A DNA stretch of 32,562 nucleotides, from NCBI GenBank assembly GCA_043804695.1, contig JAZDIV010000152.1, positions 1-32,562 of the forward strand. The letters run 5' to 3'. The notes below the pieces were generated by a model, which worked only from the letters and a program-made list of their open reading frames with translations, was not told the DNA's origin and ran no database searches. A program made the translations under genes and the position numbers. Shown here piece by piece: positions 16,832 through 24,579 of this stretch (positions are counted from its first letter, which is position 1; each line of letters starts with the position of its first letter). This DNA comes from PVC group bacterium. GTDB taxonomy: Bacteria > Auribacterota > Erginobacteria > Erginobacterales > Erginobacteraceae.

Positions 16832-18966
16832 TCCGTCACCCCTGATTGCCGCGCTTTGCTCGGCGCAGGCAGGTCCGCGAGCATGTCGGCGATTTTCTGC
16901 TCGATCTTCTTGAGATCGGTCTCGATCTCCTCCAGCGGTCTTGGCGGGGTGTATTTGTAGAAGTAGCGGTTGAAGTTTACTTCGTAGCCGATTTTGGTCT
17001 TGGACTCGTCCACCCAGGCACTCGGAACGTGGGGTAAGACTTCCCTCTCCATATACTTGTCCACGTCTTCTTTGAGTGGAACGTTCTCGTAGTCGCGCAG
17101 TTCGGAATCGGGCTCTGGATTTCCATTAGCGTCGGTGCAGATCACGGCCGTTTCGTCTCGCTCAGCCAGGGCCAAAAGAATGGCCTTGAAGAGCGCGGCG
17201 GGAACAGTGATCCTGGTCTTTTTGAATGCGACCTTCATCTGTTTTGAGAACTCGTCGCGGTCTTTTACAATGTCAAGCGGCGTGAGGGTTTTCAGGGCGG
17301 CCAGGATTTCCTCTTGCTGCTGGCGGCCCGCTTCGATCTCAGATTGTGCGGCCCTGGTATCCTTTTGTTTCTTGCTGGCGGCCAGATTCGCAAAAGCCTT
17401 CGTCTCTTCAAGTCGCGCGATACGTTCGTTATCTACAGCAAAGTTGAGTCTGAGCGGCCGCTCGACCGTGATGCGGCGGTAGCCGAAATCCTCGTTATCA
17501 AAAACACGAATGTGCTCTGAATCCTTGAGATTCCCATAGAGCCTGGTGATCTCGTCGCGCTGATCGTCGCAAACTTCATTTCGCTTGTTGCCGAGGGATT
17601 TGCGCATCTTTTTGTAGAAGGTTGTTCCGTCCACCAGTTGAATCTTGCCCCTGCGCCCCGGTTCCTTGCGGTTGGTGATGATCCAGAGGTAGGTGTAGAT
17701 GCCCGTGTTATAGAAGAGTTGATCCGGCAGGGCGACAATGGCCTCCAGCCAATCGTTCTCGATGATCCAGCGGCGGATTTCACTCTCTCCCGACCCGGCC
17801 GCACCGGTAAAGAGCGGCGAGCCGTTGAAGACGATCCCAAGGCGGGTGCCTGCCTGCGCCGACCTGCCTGTCGCGTTTGCGACGCAGACAGGAGCTTCGG
17901 CAGGCAGGCCGCCTTCTTTTGGGCCCCTGCCTGCGCCGTGCTCGTCGCGGCAGGCAAGTTTCATCTTGCTGATCATGTGCTGGAGAAAAAGGAGCGAGCC
18001 GTCGTTGATTCGGGGCAGTCCCGCACCGAAACGTCCTCCGAAGCCCTGTTCCTCGTGTTCGCGCGTAATAAAGTCGGCTTCCGGTTTCCACTCCACACCG
18101 AAGGGCGGATTGGCCAGCATATAATCGAATTTGTGGCTGGGGAACCGGTCGTCGGTAAAACTGTCGCTAAAAGCAATATGATCAATGTCCTGGCCCTTGA
18201 TCATCATGTCCGAGCCGCAGATGGCGTAGGCTTGAGCGTTATAGTCCTGGCCGAAGACTTCCAGACGGGCGTCGGGGTTGAGTTCGCGCACGTAGTCCTC
18301 AGCCACGGACAACATGCCGCCCGTTCCGCAGGCCGGATCATAAAGGGTCCTTATGATTCCTTTGGTAGTAAGGATATCGCCGTCCGGCATAAAGAGGAGG
18401 TTCACCATCAGACGAATAACCTCGCGGGGAGTGAAGTGATCGCCGGCCTCCTCGTTCGATGCCTCGTTGAACCTCCGAATGAGTTCTTCGAAAATGTAGC
18501 CCATCTCAATGTTCGAGACGGCGTCCGGGTGCAAGTCGATATCACAGAACTTGGACACGACCAGATAGAGCCGGTCGGCCTTGTCCATTTTTGCGATGTG
18601 TTCCTCGAAGCCGAAGTTCTCGATGATCTCGCGGGCGCGTGTGGAGAAACCCTTGATGTAGTTGGTCAGATTGGCGGCGATGTTGTTCGGGTCGCCCTTG
18701 AGCTTTTCGAAGGTGAAGCGGCTGGTGTTATAGAAAGGCATACCCGTGACCCGGCAGAGAATGGGATCAATGTTCTTTACTTTGCCGCCCGAGAGCTTCC
18801 TCTGTTGTTCGAGGACCTTGTCCTTGGTGGGTTCCAGAACGCAGTCGAGCCGCCGCAGAACGGTCATGGGAAGCATGATGTCTTTGTACTGGTTTGGCCG
18901 GTAGGGTCCGCGAATAAGGTCGGCAACCGACCAAATGAAGCTAACTTTTTCGCCGAAGTTGTTCAT
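16828..18966 (-). CDS. hsdM: Type I restriction-modification N6-adenine methyltransferase with in-frame insertions
   Basis: AGDHFTPREV; motif I YDPACGTGG; motif IV LANPPFG; FNGSPLF; LFYNTGI. Confidence 0.96.
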   Translation of the reverse strand: MNNFGEKVSFIWSVADLIRGPYRPNQYKDIMLPMTVLRRLDCVLEPTKDKVLEQQRKLSGGKVKNIDPILCRVTGMPFYNTSRFTFEKLKGDPNNIAANLTNYIKGFSTRAREIIENFGFEEHIAKMDKADRLYLVVSKFCDIDLHPDAVSNIEMGYIFEELIRRFNEASNEEAGDHFTPREVIRLMVNLLFMPDGDILTTKGIIRTLYDPACGTGGMLSVAEDYVRELNPDARLEVFGQDYNAQAYAICGSDMMIKGQDIDHIAFSDSFTDDRFPSHKFDYMLANPPFGVEWKPEADFITREHEEQGFGGRFGAGLPRINDGSLLFLQHMISKMKLACRDEHGAGRGPKEGGLPAEAPVCVANATGRSAQAGTRLGIVFNGSPLFTGAAGSGESEIRRWIIENDWLEAIVALPDQLFYNTGIYTYLWIITNRKEPGRRGKIQLVDGTTFYKKMRKSLGNKRNEVCDDQRDEITRLYGNLKDSEHIRVFDNEDFGYRRITVERPLRLNFAVDNERIARLEETKAFANLAASKKQKDTRAAQSEIEAGRQQQEEILAALKTLTPLDIVKDRDEFSKQMKVAFKKTRITVPAALFKAILLALAERDETAVICTDANGNPEPDSELRDYENVPLKEDVDKYMEREVLPHVPSAWVDESKTKIGYEVNFNRYFYKYTPPRPLEEIETDLKKIEQKIADMLADLPAPSKARQSGVTE
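16841..16873. repeat. 33-bp in-frame palindromic element at the hsdM C-terminus (LPAPSKARQSG)
   Basis: cctgattg-ccgcgctttgctcggcg-caggcagg. Confidence 0.85.
17849..17908. repeat. Nested pair of 30-bp palindromic elements in hsdM
   Basis: Outer cctgcctg-cgccga^agcttcgg-caggcagg; inner (17863-17892) cctgcctg-tcgcgtttgcgacg-cagacagg. Confidence 0.9.
17926..17958. repeat. 33-bp in-frame palindromic element in hsdM (LACRDEHGAGR)
   Basis: cctgcctg-cgccgtgctcgtcgcgg-caggcaag. Confidence 0.88.
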
Positions 18967-19026
18967 GAATCCTCAATGCCAGATCATAATCAGCATCCGC
19001 GTTTGGTGTCCAAGCCGGTTCAGGGC

Positions 19027-19086
19027 ATATAACGAATAGTGTTTTATCCAATCGTGCGGAGCATGATGGAAAAAACACGGTTGAAC
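19027..19086 (-). mobile_element. Degenerate attC-like site upstream of hsdM
   Basis: Minus strand GTTCAAC (RYYYAAC), imperfect hairpin GTGTTTTTTCCATCATGC/GCACGATTGGATAAAACAC, then GTTATAT core. The left spacer is atypically short. Confidence 0.55.
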
Positions 19087-19225
19087 TGAGCCGCGCAAAC
19101 AAACGCAAAAAAAAGATTACCCGGCTATGGGTATTCTATTGGAAGTGGTGATGGCGGGCAAGAGCGAAGACGGCTTCCGGGCATTTGCTGGAAGGGGTGA
19201 AGAAGGCTCAGAATGAGCCCGAAAC

Positions 19226-19267
19226 GGATTAGACATTTTGTTTCGATCGAAACAAAATGTCTAATCC
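19226..19267. repeat. 42-bp perfect palindrome
   Basis: GGATTAGACATTTTGTTTCGA|TCGAAACAAAATGTCTAATCC. Confidence 0.9.
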
Positions 19268-19281
19268 AATATTCAGCTCTT

Positions 19282-19404
19282 TGTAACACTTTAGCACTTT
19301 GAAAGTGACGGCCATCTATCTCGTTACCACGCTCCGCGTGGGAACGCTTAATTTATCGTTCCCACGCGGAGCGTGGGAACGAGGGAAAGGGCTAAAGTGT
19401 TACA
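19282..19404. mobile_element. MITE-like element with 14-bp TIRs containing an inverted REP doublet
   Basis: TIRs TGTAACACTTTAGC (19282-19295) / GCTAAAGTGTTACA (19391-19404); internal inverted 27-mers CTCGTTMCCACGCTCCGCGTGGGAACG at 19320-19346 and 19357-19383. Confidence 0.6.
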
Positions 19405-19551
19405 GTTCTTTGGACATGCTTTAAGGCATACGCGCCGAAGCCGCCGCCCGGACGTTCGGCTACGGGATGAAAATCAGTCCCATCTCCGGGATTGCGGAGG
19501 GCGGGTTGACGTGATATAATATTTATGCGTGGCTGGTACAAGGAGGCTCCG

Positions 19552-21627
19552 ATGAAAACATCCGCGGTTCGACAGCTGGTCTGTTCTCCTTCCTTCATCC
19601 TGCTTCTCGCGGCGGCAGCTCTCTGCTCCACCCTGTTCCCGGCCGAGAACGCATTTGCCGGGCGCATCTATCCCTTGGATCTCGAGTACCGGGGCGCGTT
19701 CCGGCTGCCGGGGCCGGACGGGGAGGCCGGCTGGGCCTGGGGAGGCCACGCGCTGGCCTACTACCCGGGGGGCGACCCGAATGGCTCCGCCGACGGCTAC
19801 CCCGGCTCCCTCTTCGGGACCGGGCACGATTGGTACCAGCGCGTCTCCGAGATCAGCATCCCGGTGCCGGTCATCTCCCCGGACAAAGACCTCAGCGACC
19901 TGAACACGGCGGTCACGCTTCAGCCGTTCACGGATATCCGGTCCCTCCTGTTCGGGGAGTTCGAGATCCCCTACTGCGGCCTGGAATACCTCCCGGCGGG
20001 TGGCGGCCGCCTGAGAGAGAGGCTTTACTTTGGCTGGCATCAGCATCTCCAGATATCTCCCCACTGGCCGACTCACGGCTGGTGCGAACTCGATCTCTCA
20101 CAGCCTTTGGCGGCGGGCCCCTGGTATATCGGTAATTACGATACCTACAGCACCACCGACTATCTTTTTTCCATCCCCCAGAGCTGGGCGGATGCGTATG
20201 TCGGCGGAAAATGTCTGGCCACGGGCAGGATGAGAGATGGGGGGCAGGGAGGACAGGGCCCCTGCATTTATGTCATCGCGCCCTGGCAGGCCGGGAACCC
20301 GCCCGCGCCCGGCGCGGTTCTCGCGGCCGCTCCCCTCCTGCAGTACTCCACTGCCTACTGGGACGACCCCCAGGGGGGGGCGTACGCGATGGACCGATAC
20401 CACCACTCGGACCTGTGGCCGGGGGCGGCGTGGCTGACGGCGGGAGGGAACTTGGCGGTCATCTTCGCGGGGACGAAAGGGCGCGGCGACTGCTGGTACG
20501 GAAATCAGGACGGACCCTGTCTGGAGTGCGACAACCGGGGATGGTGGTCGACCTTCTTCGACGGGGAGATTATCTTCTACGACCCGGCGGACTTGGCGGC
20601 GGTGGCGGCGGGGACGATGGAGCCCTACGAGCCGCAGCCATACGCGGTGATGAACATCGACGATCTGCTCTATCACGTGAGCGGAGCCCAGCAGAAGTCC
20701 CACGTCGCCGCCGCCGCCGTCGACCGGGAGCACGGTTATCTCTACGTCTTCGAGCCGCTGGTTGACGATGACAAGCCAATCGTCCACGTCTGGAAGGTCC
20801 AAGACAACGGCGGCCTTCCCACCCCGCCTCCGGTTCCGACCCGGCCCCCGGGCCCGACCCCCACGCCGGTCCCGCTGCCGGAGAATCTGGTTCTCCGGTC
20901 CGGTGACTATGACGGGGATGGGATCCCGGATATCGCCATCTACCGGCCGGAAACTGGTCTCTGGGCCATACGGGGAAAAGAGCGGTTTTATTTCGGAGCT
21001 CCGGGGGACGTTCCCGCCTCGGGCGACTATGACGATGACGGCACCACCGATCTCGCCCTCTTCCGGCCCTCGCCGGGGCTGTGGATTGTCCGGGGGATCA
21101 CCCGTTTTTACATCGGAACGGCCTCCGACCGTCCGGTCCCGGCCGACTACAACGGCGACGGCTTCTGCGACCCGGCCCTCTTCCGGCCGGTCTCCGGCCT
21201 CTGGGCGGTCCCCGGCGTGACCCGGACCTACTACGGGGGCGAGGGCGACCTCCCGGTACCGGGTGATTATGACGGCGACGGGACGGATGATATCGGGATC
21301 TTCCGGGACGAGACCGGGCTCTGGGCCCTGCGGGGGGCAGGCCGGATTTATTTCGGAAAGGGGGGGGACCGCCCGGTTCCGGGTGACTATAACGGTGACG
21401 GGGTCTGGTCCCCCGCTGTCTTCCGGCCCGGAACCGGACTCTGGGCGGTCCGGGGCTTGACCCGGATCTACTTCGGGGCGTCATTGGACAGAGCGGTCCC
21501 GGCCGACTACAATGGAGACGCCTCCGATGATGCGGGGATCTGGCGGGGTTCGTCCGGGCTCTGGGCGATCAGGGGTATAAGCCGGGTTTATTACGGTTCC
21601 AGCAATGATATGCCGGTAACGAGATAA
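19552..21627 (+). CDS. Secreted protein: unknown N-terminal domain, Pro/Thr linker, C-terminal FG-GAP/VCBS-like repeats
   Basis: AGGAGG RBS; signal peptide ending AFA; PTPPPVPTRPPGPTPTP linker; six GDYDGDG..D..FRP..GLW..RG repeats. Confidence 0.85.
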   Translation: MKTSAVRQLVCSPSFILLLAAAALCSTLFPAENAFAGRIYPLDLEYRGAFRLPGPDGEAGWAWGGHALAYYPGGDPNGSADGYPGSLFGTGHDWYQRVSEISIPVPVISPDKDLSDLNTAVTLQPFTDIRSLLFGEFEIPYCGLEYLPAGGGRLRERLYFGWHQHLQISPHWPTHGWCELDLSQPLAAGPWYIGNYDTYSTTDYLFSIPQSWADAYVGGKCLATGRMRDGGQGGQGPCIYVIAPWQAGNPPAPGAVLAAAPLLQYSTAYWDDPQGGAYAMDRYHHSDLWPGAAWLTAGGNLAVIFAGTKGRGDCWYGNQDGPCLECDNRGWWSTFFDGEIIFYDPADLAAVAAGTMEPYEPQPYAVMNIDDLLYHVSGAQQKSHVAAAAVDREHGYLYVFEPLVDDDKPIVHVWKVQDNGGLPTPPPVPTRPPGPTPTPVPLPENLVLRSGDYDGDGIPDIAIYRPETGLWAIRGKERFYFGAPGDVPASGDYDDDGTTDLALFRPSPGLWIVRGITRFYIGTASDRPVPADYNGDGFCDPALFRPVSGLWAVPGVTRTYYGGEGDLPVPGDYDGDGTDDIGIFRDETGLWALRGAGRIYFGKGGDRPVPGDYNGDGVWSPAVFRPGTGLWAVRGLTRIYFGASLDRAVPADYNGDASDDAGIWRGSSGLWAIRGISRVYYGSSNDMPVTR

Positions 21628-21697
21628 TCGGGTCCCCGTACCGGATACCGCTTACTGATTACCGATTACCATCCTTCATCCGGGCCGGGGGAATCTC

Positions 21698-22240
21698 TCA
21701 CACGATGAAGGCGGCGGCGGCGACGGTGGTCGTCCAGAGGCCGGACTTCTGGCCCTCGGCCGACTGGCAGATGTTGGTGGTGGTGATGATCTTGCCGGAG
21801 GCCTGGTAGATTTGCTTTCGCTCGTCCCAGGCGGTTTCCGGGTCGAACTCGATCCCCAGGGTGGTGGCCAGCATGGTGGCGGCCAGGTCCTCGGCGTAAT
21901 CCCCCGATTTCCGGGCCGTCTCTCCGAAGGCGTGATGCTCGGAGAGGTATCCGTAGCCCTCTTTGAAAGCCGGTTTGGCGACACCGATGGCTGCCGAGAC
22001 CAGACGATTCGGCTCGTTGGTTTCGTTCCGGGCCATGACCACGAAGACGATCTGGCCCGGCCGGAGGCGTTTCTTCCCCTCCCGGCTGGAGATTCTCTCG
22101 CAGCCCGGGGGGAGAATGCTGGAGACGTTGACCAGGTTGCATTTTTCGATCCCCGCCTTTCGCAGGGCCATCTCAAAAGAAGCCAGCTTGTCTTTATGAA
22201 CGCCGGCCCCTTTGGTCAGGAAGAACATTTTCGGGATCAT
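21698..22240 (-). CDS. pdaD: Pyruvoyl-dependent arginine decarboxylase
   Basis: [13 protein letters not shown]...[11 protein letters not shown] (Ser-Ser self-cleavage site); [23 protein letters not shown]. Confidence 0.92.
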   Translation of the reverse strand: MIPKMFFLTKGAGVHKDKLASFEMALRKAGIEKCNLVNVSSILPPGCERISSREGKKRLRPGQIVFVVMARNETNEPNRLVSAAIGVAKPAFKEGYGYLSEHHAFGETARKSGDYAEDLAATMLATTLGIEFDPETAWDERKQIYQASGKIITTTNICQSAEGQKSGLWTTTVAAAAFIV

Positions 22241-23268
22241 GGCTGTTTCTCCTCCAGAAGATCGGCGTATGCTTTCGGTTCCCGTCCCTTCCAGTTTCCC
22301 CGGTGATAGACGTAACCGGCCAGGAGGGGGAAGGCGATGGTCGCTTCCGAGAAGACCATCTGTTCGAAGGCGTCATCCACCTTGCCCCAGGAGTGGGCTT
22401 CCCGGAGCGTGGAACCGGAGAGGCCGCCGTCCCGCTCATCCGCCACCGTGATCTGGATCGCGTAGCGGTGCATGGTCGGGTTCTCCTGCAGGATGTCCGC
22501 CGCGACCACGATGTCCTGGGCGAAGTTCTTGGGGACGCCGCCGCCGATCATCACCAGTCCCGTCTCCCTGGCGGCGATCTTGATCCGGGTCAGGTCGAGG
22601 AAATCGCGGGCGCTGTCGATCGTGACCTTCGCCTGCTCTCCCCGCTGATGCTGGTGTTGGATGAGGCCGAAACCGGCGGAGCAGTCGGAAAAAGCCGGGA
22701 CGAAAATGGGGACGGCTTTCCGGCAGCACTCGAGGATTACCGATCCGCTGTCGTTTCCCCTCTCCTCGAGGTATCTCCCCATTTCCCGGATGAACTCCCG
22801 GGAGGAGTAGGGACGGGGAGGGAGGGAGTCCGCGATCCCGGCCACGGTCAGATCGCAGATCCGCAGTTCCTCCTCGTCGATGAAGGTGTCGTAGATGCGG
22901 TCGATCATCTGCCGGCGGAGCATCTCGTCATCGATCCGGGGGGTGCCCCGGTAATGCCGGAAGCCCAGGGCCTCGAAGAAATCCTGGTCAACGATGATCG
23001 CCCCCGTGGAAACGATCGCGTCGACCATGTTGTACCTGACCAGGTCGCGGACGACGGTCTTCAGGCCGGCGCTGAAAAGGGAACCGGCCAGGCAGAGGAT
23101 GATGGAACACTCCCGGTCGGCGATCATCCGGTCGTAGATCCGGGCTGCCCCGGCCAGGTTTCTGGCCTGGAACGCGGTCTCTCCAAAAGCCTCGATGATG
23201 GGGACCGGGTCGAAAGAGGTGATGTCGATCTGCCTCACTTCATCCCGCAAAAGGTTTTTGTCCGGCAT
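22237..23268 (-). CDS. Deoxyhypusine synthase-like protein (probable homospermidine synthase)
   Basis: [61 protein letters not shown]; start ATG 23268. Confidence 0.9.
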   Translation of the reverse strand: MPDKNLLRDEVRQIDITSFDPVPIIEAFGETAFQARNLAGAARIYDRMIADRECSIILCLAGSLFSAGLKTVVRDLVRYNMVDAIVSTGAIIVDQDFFEALGFRHYRGTPRIDDEMLRRQMIDRIYDTFIDEEELRICDLTVAGIADSLPPRPYSSREFIREMGRYLEERGNDSGSVILECCRKAVPIFVPAFSDCSAGFGLIQHQHQRGEQAKVTIDSARDFLDLTRIKIAARETGLVMIGGGVPKNFAQDIVVAADILQENPTMHRYAIQITVADERDGGLSGSTLREAHSWGKVDDAFEQMVFSEATIAFPLLAGYVYHRGNWKGREPKAYADLLEEKQP

Positions 23269-23497
23269 GGCGCTCCCTTTCCGGATACCCCGGCTGCCTT
23301 GGTGGTCGACGTAAAAAGACCTCATTTGTGTATAATGATTGCGGCGAAAAAGCAATCACAATTATCCGCCAAAAGGCCGGCAGCCGGAGAAACGGCGCCC
23401 CCGGCCCTTCCCCGGAGAACGGAAAATTTTTTGTTGCATTTTATCGAATTAGGCATATAACAAGGCCTTAAACGTAGAATCAGTTTCTCGAAATGTC

Positions 23498-23686
23498 ATG
23501 ATGAATCCGGATTACCTCGATCAGGAGGATCTCGATCTGGAGGAGGGCGGGCTGGAGATTTCGCCCGAAGAGCGGGGAAAAAACCGTTCTCGTTCCCGCG
23601 GCGATGACGAGCCGCGAGGCCGGAAGGACCGGAGCGGCGCCCGCGAACGGATTAGAAGATTGAGAAAATCTCACACGAGGTATTAA
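23498..23686 (+). CDS. Small acidic/Arg-rich ORF upstream of, and in the same frame as, agmatinase
   Basis: 62 aa; preceded by a TTGCAT-N16-TATAAC promoter-like sequence (23434-23461). Function unknown. Confidence 0.45.
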   Translation: MMNPDYLDQEDLDLEEGGLEISPEERGKNRSRSRGDDEPRGRKDRSGARERIRRLRKSHTRY

Positions 23687-24568
23687 ATCATCCCCCCGTA
23701 CGCTCCTCAATTTCTGGATGATGGGACCGATCCGGCCCCCTTCGTCCCGCTGGCGGCAGCCCGGGTCGTCCTTCTGCCCGTTCCCCTGGAGAAGACTGTC
23801 TCCTACCTCTCCGGCACTGCCGCCGGGCCGGGCCGGATCCTGGCGGCCTCCCGCCAGGTCGAACTCTACGATCCGGAACTGGCCGCCAGCCCGTACCGGG
23901 CCGGCATCCACACCTGTCCTCCTGTTGACTGTGCGGGCGGACTTGAAGACTGTCTGGAGGCGGTCCGGGAGACGGTCTACTCTGTCGCCGGGACCGGCAA
24001 GATGCCCGTGTGCCTGGGTGGGGAGCACTCGCTCACCCTGGGCGCCGTCCGGGCGCTGAAGGAAATCAACCCCGGATTCAGCGTTCTCCACCTCGATGCC
24101 CACGCCGATCTCCGGGACCGCTACGGGGGAACTCCTCTCTCCCACGCCTGCGTGATGCGGCGGGTGTGCGAACTCGGGCTGCCCCTGGTCTCGGTCGGGG
24201 TCCGAAGCCTCTCGGAAGAAGAGGCCGATTACAGCGCGGCGGCCGGGGTGCGGCTGTACCCGGGCTGGGAACACATCGATCGCGAATACCCCTGGCCGGA
24301 GATCGCCGGAGCTCTGGCGGACCGCGTGTACATTTCGGTGGACATGGACGTCTTCGATCCCGCCGAAGTGCCCGGAGTCGGCACGCCGGAGCCGGGGGGC
24401 CTGCGCTGGGACCAGGCGCTGGAACTTTTTCGCGCTCTTGCTGACGCCGGGAAATCGGTGGTGGGCATCGACCTGGTTGAACTGTGCCCGCAGAAAGATT
24501 CAATCATCTCCGACTTTTTTACTGCCCGGCTCCTCTATAAAATGATAGGATACTTCTCCGCTGCTTGA
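23687..24568 (+). CDS. speB: Agmatinase (ureohydrolase); start codon non-canonical or lost
   Basis: Open frame from 23687: PQFL...VVLLPVPLEKTVSYLSGTAAGP..ASRQVELYD; GGEHS; LHLDAHADLRD; SHACVM; VDMDVFDP..PGVGTPEPGG. No ATG/GTG/TTG in frame before 24002. Confidence 0.88.
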   Translation: MIPPYAPQFLDDGTDPAPFVPLAAARVVLLPVPLEKTVSYLSGTAAGPGRILAASRQVELYDPELAASPYRAGIHTCPPVDCAGGLEDCLEAVRETVYSVAGTGKMPVCLGGEHSLTLGAVRALKEINPGFSVLHLDAHADLRDRYGGTPLSHACVMRRVCELGLPLVSVGVRSLSEEEADYSAAAGVRLYPGWEHIDREYPWPEIAGALADRVYISVDMDVFDPAEVPGVGTPEPGGLRWDQALELFRALADAGKSVVGIDLVELCPQKDSIISDFFTARLLYKMIGYFSAA

Positions 24569-24579
24569 AGGGGAAGACC

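Noticed and set aside
23451..23466. 16-bp match (AGGCATATAACAAGGC) to the start of the attC at 8911-8926
   Set aside because: No downstream hairpin or GTT box; it overlaps a plausible -10 element, and one 16-bp match in 32 kb can arise by chance.
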